From IMG/VR virus record IMGVR_UViG_3300005805_000277, positions 1-32,446 of that record: a stretch of DNA of 32,446 nucleotides. The stretch is one strand, 5' to 3'. The translations under genes were made by a program, and so were the position numbers. This DNA comes from a virus. Its lineage: Duplodnaviria; Caudoviricetes. Positions 19,508-26,781 of this stretch are shown piece by piece. Below the pieces are notes generated by a model. It saw only the letters and a list, made by a program, of their open reading frames with translations, was not told the DNA's origin and searched no databases. Position 1 is the first letter of the stretch. Each line of letters opens with the position of its first letter.

Positions 19508-19927
19508 TTATTTTATAAACGCGACACCAACTGCCAGTAAAACCATTCCAAAGGATAGCTTCTTAGTCAGTTTTTGTTTTTTCACTTCAAGAGTTAAGCT
19601 GTTTATAGCAGAATTATACTTAAATTCTTTTGTTTTATAAAGATCGATTGTCTTTTTATATCCTCCAATCTGATCATCTTTCAACTTAATAATATCGTCT
19701 TTATACCCTTTTTGAGCATTTAAAGTGTCGATATTCTCTAATAGCAATACTCGTTCTTTTTTAAGAACGTCTAGATACATCAAATCTTTAACAACTTTTT
19801 TCGCTACGTCTTTATGCAGTTTAACAGTATCGTTATTTACTTGCTGTTGTGTCTGCGTATCTGTTTGCGAAAAACTGCTCAAGCTGATTAATATCGTAGC
19901 TGTCAACAGTCTGAACTTGTACTTCAT
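19508..19927 (-). CDS. Secreted coiled-coil protein with C-terminal hydrophobic helix; candidate atypical outer spanin component
   Basis: Signal peptide MKYKFRLLTATILISLSSFS/Q, coiled coil, C-terminal FGMVLLAVGVAFI; overlaps the upstream gene by 95 bp; no Cys. Confidence 0.55.
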   Translation of the reverse strand: MKYKFRLLTATILISLSSFSQTDTQTQQQVNNDTVKLHKDVAKKVVKDLMYLDVLKKERVLLLENIDTLNAQKGYKDDIIKLKDDQIGGYKKTIDLYKTKEFKYNSAINSLTLEVKKQKLTKKLSFGMVLLAVGVAFIK

Positions 19928-20174
19928 ATTCTTTATATATTACTTTTACTTTACCTTTGTTTTCTTCTAACTTTTGCTCAGCAATTTCTACTTTCTCAGC
20001 AAAAACTTCAATTTCCTTTTCTTTCATTTGGATAGTATCCTCTTGCAATTTAATCTCTGCATTAAGACCATCTATCTCTTGTTGAAATTTGCTTTTATTG
20101 AATTTGTTAGATCCATAAAATACTAAAGCTGCTGCTGCTAATGCTAATACTGCTGGTATGATATACTTTTTCAT
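19833..20174 (-). CDS. Candidate inner-membrane spanin (i-spanin-like)
   Basis: N-terminal TM helix IIPAVLALAAAALVFY followed by a long coiled coil. Confidence 0.55.
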   Translation of the reverse strand: MKKYIIPAVLALAAAALVFYGSNKFNKSKFQQEIDGLNAEIKLQEDTIQMKEKEIEVFAEKVEIAEQKLEENKGKVKVIYKEYEVQVQTVDSYDINQLEQFFANRYADTTASK

Positions 20175-20175
20175 A

Positions 20176-20610
20176 TTACTTCATTGAGTCTTCCCAAAAT
20201 CTAAATAGTATGTTACCCCGAAGATACGCATCTTTTTCTAATTCCAAAAGATGTTTGTTATTTTCTGCATATCTCGGATCTAATAAAGCTGGTTCATGAG
20301 ATTTGTCAAACATACCAGATAGGTTCTGGTTGTGATGAATTAACTCGTGCGCCAAGCTTCTTAATACGTCTTTTATGTGTCTTCCTTCAGTAAACAAAGT
20401 TACTGATTGAGAGCTAGGGTTATAGTACGCTGTTCTTCCAAAAGGGTCAGTAGCATATTCAGTAATTTTAGAGAATTTTATGCTTGGGTATGGCATAATA
20501 TTTACTCCAGAATTTTGAATATACTCTACTAAACTAAGTACATAAGGGACAATGTTTTGTCCCGATACAATTACTTGATTGTTAATATTTTGATACTTAG
20601 TTAAGTCCAT
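20176..20610 (-). CDS. HExxH zinc metallopeptidase-like protein
   Basis: AYYNP...VTLF...LRSLAHELIHHNQ with downstream ELEKDAY. Confidence 0.65.
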   Translation of the reverse strand: MDLTKYQNINNQVIVSGQNIVPYVLSLVEYIQNSGVNIMPYPSIKFSKITEYATDPFGRTAYYNPSSQSVTLFTEGRHIKDVLRSLAHELIHHNQNLSGMFDKSHEPALLDPRYAENNKHLLELEKDAYLRGNILFRFWEDSMK

Positions 20611-21134
20611 TATGCTTCTTCTTCAGGGGTTTGTTCAGCTGGAGGAGTCTCTTCTTCAGGGGCTGTCTCAGCTGGTGCTTCTTCTGGTTCTGGCTCTTTG
20701 GTTACAGGAGCTGTTTTTAGAAGTATGTTAATATAGTCCATAGCATCTTCGTATTCAGATCTATTTCCTATATTAAACTTTTTCCCACTCACTAACACTT
20801 GGAAAGCATCGGTAGGAGAATAATCCTCTGGATACTCTAGTTCTAGTGGAGTTGGGTTATATTTTATATCAAAATAGTTTCCATTTGGAATAACTACTCT
20901 AAACGTGGTAGGTTTATAAGAGATACAACGAACATCAGATACGGTGCTTCTGATCTGTTCTAATGCAGTATCGTTTTTACTTTTTTCTGAGGTAAGTAGT
21001 TTTACAAGTACGCTAGTTATTTTTGGGGATTTAGCTAATACTTTCTCCAAATTAGACTCAGTCTCTACTGGGGTAATCTCTGCTTCCTCGAATAGGAACT
21101 TATACCTGAAATTTTCAAAGAAATTAGGTTTCAT
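20610..21134 (-). CDS. Hypothetical protein (start revised to 21134, MKPNFF...)
   Basis: The track's longer start overlaps the 21148-21423 gene; ATG 21134 sits 3 nt after the motif; acidic Pro-rich tail. Confidence 0.7.
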   Translation of the reverse strand: MKPNFFENFRYKFLFEEAEITPVETESNLEKVLAKSPKITSVLVKLLTSEKSKNDTALEQIRSTVSDVRCISYKPTTFRVVIPNGNYFDIKYNPTPLELEYPEDYSPTDAFQVLVSGKKFNIGNRSEYEDAMDYINILLKTAPVTKEPEPEEAPAETAPEEETPPAEQTPEEEA

Positions 21135-21137
21135 ATA

Positions 21138-21145
21138 TATAAATA
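21138..21145 (-). promoter_or_regulatory. TATTTATA motif (putative late promoter), 3 nt before ATG
   Basis: Context GATATTTATATATATGAA, identical to the copy at 31190-31207. Confidence 0.62.
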
Positions 21146-21147
21146 TC

Positions 21148-21423
21148 CTATTTTTTGTCCTTTTCCTTGTTAAGGTTCTCTTTAGGCTCCCACCAGTTGG
21201 TGCAATATTCATCGGCAGGATATGGAATAGAATCGGTTCCAGCCCATTTTTGGTAATAAGTGCTAGCACAATGGTACTCTTCACTGTCTCCTTTGTGTAC
21301 CCACCATTTACAGTTAGCACAGCAGGATCCCCCTTTAGGAACCCTCATTCCTGCTTTGTGGTTTTCTGGTACTTCGTACTCCCCACCACCATATTCTTCT
21401 AATAAATCTACAAACTTTATCAT
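21148..21423 (-). CDS. Small Cys/Trp-rich metal-binding protein with shared leader
   Basis: Leader MIKFVDLLEE; CCANCKWW...C...YCTNWW. Confidence 0.65.
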   Translation of the reverse strand: MIKFVDLLEEYGGGEYEVPENHKAGMRVPKGGSCCANCKWWVHKGDSEEYHCASTYYQKWAGTDSIPYPADEYCTNWWEPKENLNKEKDKK

Positions 21424-22031
21424 GATTTTAAATAATTGTTGAGGACTCCCCCAATGGTTGATAATTCTATATCTATAGCAGCTATGTCAGCTTCTACTAA
21501 ATTCTTCTTTTTACCTACAAAATCTATCCCTACTATACCTATAAATTCATTTTTAATAGTGAATATCGGGAATAAATAAGTGCTTTTTACCTTGGCTCCT
21601 GGAATGACTGAAGTGAACCCTTCAAATTGTTTGTTTTCTATCTTTGTGTCTGGAATGGATATTACTAATCCTTTGCTTAGAGTGTTTATAGACCTGTTAA
21701 ATAAGCTTACTGGAATGTTTTGAAGTTGGTGCTGGCAAGGTGCTATCCCTGGTACAAGAAGCTCATATACCATGCTAAACTTTTGTATTGATTTACCTGT
21801 TGGATAAAAATAACCTCCGTTATGAAACTGTAATAACCACGTTCTGTCTGATCCAATGACGCTAGATACTTCTTCTAGCTTTTGAGTTACTAATTCATTT
21901 GTATCCAGAGATTCTACTATTGGATCTTTTTTCTTCTTTTCTATAATAAGTTTAAAGTAGTGAACAGCAATAGGTCCTACTACAGAAGTGGTTACAGCTG
22001 TGATTATGGCTACTATTAGTTCCGTATTCAT
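21420..22031 (-). CDS. Single-TM protein with GAF-like domain; candidate T4 T-type holin
   Basis: N-terminal hydrophobic helix; SDRTWLLQFHNG...KSTYLFPIF...FIGIVGIDF fits a GAF fold; about 200 aa. Confidence 0.55.
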   Translation of the reverse strand: MNTELIVAIITAVTTSVVGPIAVHYFKLIIEKKKKDPIVESLDTNELVTQKLEEVSSVIGSDRTWLLQFHNGGYFYPTGKSIQKFSMVYELLVPGIAPCQHQLQNIPVSLFNRSINTLSKGLVISIPDTKIENKQFEGFTSVIPGAKVKSTYLFPIFTIKNEFIGIVGIDFVGKKKNLVEADIAAIDIELSTIGGVLNNYLKS

Positions 22032-22543
22032 TACTTTTTAGACCTATTTTTAAATGAGACTTTTGCTTTATCTGTATTTGATACAAATTGTTTTCCTTTT
22101 TTAGACGCTGCTACTTTTTTTCTTGACGTAGCTGCTCTTTCTGCTTTAGTTAATCTTTCTGCTTTAGCTCTTGGCAAACACCTTGTAGTGGGTTTTCCTT
22201 TTTTCATAGATCCACAAGGTCCAGCAATATTTCCCTCAGTATCTATTCTAACCCAATCTTCTCTATTAAACCAACTATGTAAATCTTCTTCTAACTCTTC
22301 TAACTCTTCTTTATTTAGTTTTCTTTTTTTACCTATCCCCCCTTTACAAACTTGGACAGCTCTTCCCATCAAATATGCTGAATGTTTTTCTCCGGCTGCT
22401 TTTCTTCTTTCTGCATATGCCTTTCCTTTTGGGCAAAGTTTTTCGTATATGAGATCTATATTCTGTTCTTCACCGCAACTTTCGCAATTACTATTTTCTA
22501 GCTCTTCTTTGAGCATAATTTTTAGTATGTCTAATAGTTTCAT
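22031..22543 (-). CDS. Basic Cys-containing two-module hypothetical protein with shared leader
   Basis: Leader MKLLDILKIMLKE; modules LCPKGK..HSAY..C and SWFNREDWV..GPCG..RCLP separated by EELEELEE. Confidence 0.7.
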   Translation of the reverse strand: MKLLDILKIMLKEELENSNCESCGEEQNIDLIYEKLCPKGKAYAERRKAAGEKHSAYLMGRAVQVCKGGIGKKRKLNKEELEELEEDLHSWFNREDWVRIDTEGNIAGPCGSMKKGKPTTRCLPRAKAERLTKAERAATSRKKVAASKKGKQFVSNTDKAKVSFKNRSKK

Positions 22544-22860
22544 TATGAATTTTTTATAATAAGCTCTCCTAATACTTCTAACCTGCCAACCTCTTTTTGA
22601 AACTCAGTTTGAGTCATTTTAAGAGATATTTTTTTATAAACTTCTTCATATTCCTTTTTAGCTAGTTCTATGTCGAATTTACCCTCTATAGCTTTTTTAT
22701 AATATGAAGGTTTAACTTTAAAATGATTATATGTTAGCAATGCATCTCCGCCTTTTTCTTTTGCATTAGCTATAATTTTTTCAGCACCTGCTAAACGATT
22801 CTCAGCAAACGTCTCAAATGTTTTTTTAGATTCTTTTAATATTTGAATAAACTTAATCAT
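22543..22860 (-). CDS. Hypothetical protein with shared leader
   Basis: Leader MIKFIQILKE; coupled to neighbours. Confidence 0.7.
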   Translation of the reverse strand: MIKFIQILKESKKTFETFAENRLAGAEKIIANAKEKGGDALLTYNHFKVKPSYYKKAIEGKFDIELAKKEYEEVYKKISLKMTQTEFQKEVGRLEVLGELIIKNS

Positions 22861-23209
22861 TTTTTTTAGCTTTTAGACGCTGCGTTTTTTCTTTAGATTG
22901 TTCTTTACGATTTTCAATATAGTCTAAAGCACGTTTTAATCTAGATTTAACTTCTGGTTTTTTCGCATTTTTATATGCAGCTCTAACTCTTTGGTGTATT
23001 AGGTTTATAATTTGAGATTGTCTGGCGTGTTTTTTGCTTTTAAATAAATCCTTACTTAAAGTGTCTACTATATCTTCCTTAGTTTTAAACTTAACACCTA
23101 CCGTATCTTTTGGGTTTTCATCGGTATATAAACGACGATCAGACCCTTTAGGTTTTTTACCAGTTCCTACTTTAGGATCTATCTCTTTTAATATATCTAA
23201 AAGCTTCAC
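22853..23209 (-). CDS. Basic hypothetical protein with shared leader (GTG start)
   Basis: Leader MKLLDILKE; PKVGTGKKPKGSDRRLYTDENP module. Confidence 0.7.
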   Translation of the reverse strand: MKLLDILKEIDPKVGTGKKPKGSDRRLYTDENPKDTVGVKFKTKEDIVDTLSKDLFKSKKHARQSQIINLIHQRVRAAYKNAKKPEVKSRLKRALDYIENRKEQSKEKTQRLKAKKND

Positions 23210-23847
23210 TATTCAGCAGATTTAATAGCTTGAGCTGTGGCTATTGCATAATCTCTAGGCTCCAACTTATCTTTTCCACCTTTCTTCTTAGCAAGAGCTT
23301 TTATAATATCCTCTTTCTTTGCTTTCTCATCTTTAGTCATCTTCTTCTCGTCTACAGGCTCAATCATACCCATTTCATCATCATCTTCTTCTTCCTCTTC
23401 TTCTTCAGAATGTCCTAATTCATGAAATCCCTGTGCTGCTTGATCAAGATAGTTCTCAGCATTTGTAATGTGATCTTGGATCCATCCTGGTAGGTTTCTC
23501 TCATCATCTCCTAGCTTCATCATAAGTTCAGCTGCTGATTTTACTATGGATTTAAGGCTATTTTTAGCCATGGATACTTCATGGTCATGCATTTCTTCTA
23601 TGTTCTCAGCACCTTCACGCTTGATGTTTTTCCACATAGCAGCTGCTGCTACTGCTTTAGGATCTTTAGCTCCTCTTTCTTTAGCTGTTGCTACTATATC
23701 CTTAAATCCTTTGCCCTTCTTACCAATATCTTTACCAGCTTTTGCTTTCTTTACAACTGCTGACTTTTGCTTCTTGCTAAGACCTGCGGATGGTTTCTTC
23801 TTTTTGGCCTCTAATAAAGATTCTTTAAAGATGTCTGAGAGTTTCAT
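23209..23847 (-). CDS. Multi-module basic/acidic protein with shared leader
   Basis: Leader MKLSDIFKESLLE; Lys-rich module, DHEVSMA...LPGWIQDHIT module, poly-Glu spacer, Lys-rich tail. Confidence 0.7.
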   Translation of the reverse strand: MKLSDIFKESLLEAKKKKPSAGLSKKQKSAVVKKAKAGKDIGKKGKGFKDIVATAKERGAKDPKAVAAAAMWKNIKREGAENIEEMHDHEVSMAKNSLKSIVKSAAELMMKLGDDERNLPGWIQDHITNAENYLDQAAQGFHELGHSEEEEEEEDDDEMGMIEPVDEKKMTKDEKAKKEDIIKALAKKKGGKDKLEPRDYAIATAQAIKSAE

Positions 23848-23864
23848 TTCTAATAGTTTATACG

Positions 23865-23872
23865 TATAAATA
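23865..23872 (-). promoter_or_regulatory. TATTTATA motif (putative late promoter)
   Basis: Exact motif 17 nt upstream of ATG 23847. Confidence 0.6.
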
Positions 23873-23873
23873 T

Positions 23874-24452
23874 TTATTTTTCTAGTCTTTCCTTCATTTC
23901 TTTAAGTTCTTCCTTCCATTTCTCGACCATTTTGTCCTTATCTACGCCTCCTTCCCACTCTTCTACGTCCCCTTGTTCTGTCACGTAAGACTCTTTGGTG
24001 CTGCCTTTAGCGTACTCCTCTATAAACTCCTCCGCCTCTTCTATATGGGTTATTATATTTTTTGTAACCATGTTCTTGGCGTAGTCGTCATATCTCCCCT
24101 CTATTTTTAACCTAGTTTCTCTGACCACTACACAGTCAAAACATTCATTATGAATAGGATACATCTTTTTATCCAGAGGATTCTTCATAGGCTTAGAACA
24201 GGTAGGACATAAAAAAGGCATTCTGGTTAGCTTCTTGATCTCATCAAGCTTAGTAACTGTTTGTTTAATACCGTCCTTTAGGGTCCAGGTTTTTCCTTCT
24301 TCTTCCCACACGTCCCCTTCTAAGTGATCTTCTGTCTCTTTCTCATAACCTATTTGAACACCCGTAGCGTTTCCGTACTTTTTTGTTATGATATTCCTTA
24401 GACGCTGTACGTCTCTTTCTCGAAACTCTTTTTTTAGTAATGTTTCTCCCAT
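23874..24452 (-). CDS. Hypothetical protein with CxxC...CxxC zinc finger
   Basis: CPTC-x15-CFDC. Confidence 0.7.
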   Translation of the reverse strand: MGETLLKKEFRERDVQRLRNIITKKYGNATGVQIGYEKETEDHLEGDVWEEEGKTWTLKDGIKQTVTKLDEIKKLTRMPFLCPTCSKPMKNPLDKKMYPIHNECFDCVVVRETRLKIEGRYDDYAKNMVTKNIITHIEEAEEFIEEYAKGSTKESYVTEQGDVEEWEGGVDKDKMVEKWKEELKEMKERLEK

Positions 24453-24454
24453 AA

Positions 24455-24652
24455 CTATTTTTTATACTCTTCTTTTATAGATTGAACTAGTAAAGATACT
24501 AAAGATTCGGATTTATATTGTCCTCCTCTTTTCTTACGTTTACAGTAGTTAATCTGACTGAACCCTTTAGGGTTGCTGCAATTGATGGACTTCTTATATT
24601 TTATACTCCATCTTTTTTGCTTCTTACCCGTCCTTGGTTTATTATATTCCAT
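24455..24652 (-). CDS. Small basic hypothetical protein
   Basis: WSIKYKKSINCSNPKGFSQINYC module; fills the gap between neighbours. Confidence 0.6.
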   Translation of the reverse strand: MEYNKPRTGKKQKRWSIKYKKSINCSNPKGFSQINYCKRKKRGGQYKSESLVSLLVQSIKEEYKK

Positions 24653-24914
24653 TTATTTTTTTGATCCTTATTTTTAAATCTCCTGTGCCTTTTATCGTCC
24701 TGTGCCACTGTCCCATAGGAATAAAAATCTGCCCTTCTATTTTTTGAGGCAGTTCATTTTCTCTTTGGAACATCCAATCTGTCGGCTCTACTGGTTCTAC
24801 TATTCTATCTTCTCTATCTCTGTGCCATCTTAATTCTCCACTATCAACATCCTCTTCAAAAACCCTTTCGTACCAACCCTCATTATATAATTCTTTATAG
24901 GGCCTTTCTTCCAT
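24642..24914 (-). CDS. Small cupin-like protein
   Basis: WHRDREDR and IFIPMGQWHRTIKG resemble cupin motifs 1 and 2; ATG at 24914. Confidence 0.6.
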   Translation of the reverse strand: MEERPYKELYNEGWYERVFEEDVDSGELRWHRDREDRIVEPVEPTDWMFQRENELPQKIEGQIFIPMGQWHRTIKGTGDLKIRIKKINGI

Positions 24915-25422
24915 ATGAATCAACTAAATTAAAATCAATATTATTTGCGTTCATATATTTTATCAGATTTTCATATCCTGATAAAAATTCAGGAACTGTT
25001 TCATCTTCATCGTCCATATTAACTATTTGTCCTGGCTTCATCACATCTATGGATAATAGATATTTTGAAAAATCCAGTTTTCCTCCGATTGGAGCGACGT
25101 CAACTCTTTCCTCAGCTTCATCAGAACTTCTTCTGCCAAACCCAGCTTTGACGTCAGCAAATGGTTCTACTTTATATTTGTTAGATAGCGTGTCTCCGTT
25201 TATAGTGAATCTTACGTTTCTACTGATTGTGGGACTTTTTAAATCTCTGTTTCTAGTAAAGCTCACATAAGTCTCTCCGTCTGCATCAGGCTTTATATTT
25301 TTCAAAACATACTTATCTTTTATGATATCTAATGCGGATTCATATGATGTAAAGTGGTATATCTTACCGACTTGCTTTCCTTCTTTGATGGCTTCTTTTA
25401 ATATGTCTATGAATCTCACCAT
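24895..25422 (-). CDS. ADP-ribosyltransferase-like protein with shared leader
   Basis: Leader MVRFIDILKEAIKE; IYHFTS, YVSFTR and EAEER in the order of the ART catalytic strands. Confidence 0.55.
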   Translation of the reverse strand: MVRFIDILKEAIKEGKQVGKIYHFTSYESALDIIKDKYVLKNIKPDADGETYVSFTRNRDLKSPTISRNVRFTINGDTLSNKYKVEPFADVKAGFGRRSSDEAEERVDVAPIGGKLDFSKYLLSIDVMKPGQIVNMDDEDETVPEFLSGYENLIKYMNANNIDFNLVDSYGRKAL

Positions 25423-25814
25423 TATACTTTCCTATTTTTTATATACTCTTCTACTGCTTCTGGATCGTATTGTAAAAGCTTTCCTATTTCTCTTGTATCT
25501 TTATCGCTTGCTTTGTAGTGTAGGTAACCTCCATATTTTTCTGCTACATCTTTTAGTTTAGTAGCTTGGTTTTCACTTCCTGGCCTGTACACCACATATG
25601 CATCTCCTTCATTACCTCTAACATACATTGACTTCAGTCCGTTGTCTGTTATTAGTTTTTGTATCTTATTCCACTCAGATGTAGTAACAGCGTCTTTTAC
25701 TAGAAAACACACATTTCTTTTACCATCAATTACAGTCTTCAAAGAGCTTAAATCTTCAAGAGCTTCTGATGGATCAATGTACTGTTCTAGTAATATGTCT
25801 AATAACTTTACCAT
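25422..25814 (-). CDS. Hypothetical protein with shared leader (start revised to 25814)
   Basis: TAATG junction gives MVKLLDILLEQ; C-terminal REIGKLLQY. Confidence 0.7.
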   Translation of the reverse strand: MVKLLDILLEQYIDPSEALEDLSSLKTVIDGKRNVCFLVKDAVTTSEWNKIQKLITDNGLKSMYVRGNEGDAYVVYRPGSENQATKLKDVAEKYGGYLHYKASDKDTREIGKLLQYDPEAVEEYIKNRKV

Positions 25815-26410
25815 TACCAATATCCACTAAAGTTAGACTTTATTCCCAACATTTTAGCATATCTTGGCAATCTACATGACCAGTAGTTTGCTGTTGTTTT
25901 ATCTTTAGCCTGTGCACATTTATGTCTTGCTGCAAATGATTTACGTGCTTTAGGATCATTGATCTTTGCTTTCAGACCAGTAGTGTCTCCGAATGACACT
26001 TTCTTTATACCACCACCTGGTTTACGTACATATACGTAGAATTTCTTGGTCCCTCCACGCTTTGGTTTATTCAATTGTATCTCTTTTCCTCTGTGCTTTA
26101 CTTCTTGGATCTGCTCATAGCTCATTGGGAAATCAAGAGGTACTTTAATACCATTATATACTCCATACTCTCCCAGATCAGTATTCTTAATAAGCTTCTC
26201 CTCTTCTTCTGTGAGTTGCAACTGTCCTTTCTTGTACAGTTCGCGAGCTTCTTTAAATAGATCAAAATACTTTTGAGAGAATGGCCTGTAGATATTCTCT
26301 GTTATAGGCCTGTCGGTATCTACATGATAACGCATTCCTTCTGATAGGTCCCCTTTATCACAATCACAGTTATCTTCTAATAGATCTTTAACGATATCTG
26401 TAAGTTTCAT
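25814..26410 (-). CDS. Two-module protein with shared leader; C-terminal DUF5754-like basic domain
   Basis: Leader MKLTDIVKDLLE; KKFYVYV...KKVSFGD...ARKSFAARHKC...ANYWSC (family name from recall). Confidence 0.6.
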   Translation of the reverse strand: MKLTDIVKDLLEDNCDCDKGDLSEGMRYHVDTDRPITENIYRPFSQKYFDLFKEARELYKKGQLQLTEEEEKLIKNTDLGEYGVYNGIKVPLDFPMSYEQIQEVKHRGKEIQLNKPKRGGTKKFYVYVRKPGGGIKKVSFGDTTGLKAKINDPKARKSFAARHKCAQAKDKTTANYWSCRLPRYAKMLGIKSNFSGYW

Positions 26411-26781
26411 TATTGAAGATTGTTTAATTTATATTTTATTGACTGTATAAATTGCTCTATTTCATCGTATTGATTCTGCAAATAGGTGTCTTGTGGTAGA
26501 GCTGGTTTTATCCTAGTCATGAACATGCATAGAGCATCGAAATATTTTACGTATTGCCCGTCTTCTTTCAAAGTACCTGCCATTTTATATCCGTATAATA
26601 TTCCATATTTTCCTTGATATGATTCTATAAGTTGATCTACCAAAGGTATAATGCCTTCATAGTATTCTTGCAAAGCGGTGTGCGCCTGTCCAGATCCTAG
26701 GCCTTTAACTTGCAAATGATAAATGTGCGCTTGGTTTCTAGACTGCATTAAAGTTCCGACAAGTAAAGCAAATTCTTCCAT
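26410..26781 (-). CDS. Dps/ferritin-like four-helix protein (DUF5856-like)
   Basis: QAHIYHLQ...AHTALQEYYE...VDQLIESYQG matches the Dps-like H..H..D...E pattern. Confidence 0.7.
   Translation of the reverse strand: MEEFALLVGTLMQSRNQAHIYHLQVKGLGSGQAHTALQEYYEGIIPLVDQLIESYQGKYGILYGYKMAGTLKEDGQYVKYFDALCMFMTRIKPALPQDTYLQNQYDEIEQFIQSIKYKLNNLQ

Noticed and set aside
21135-21320. N-terminal extension of the 20610-21320 ORF
   Set aside because: Overlaps the leader-bearing 21148-21423 gene; ATG 21134 after the motif is more plausible.
23874-24452. Candidate small terminase subunit
   Set aside because: No recognisable TerS motif; position and size alone are insufficient.
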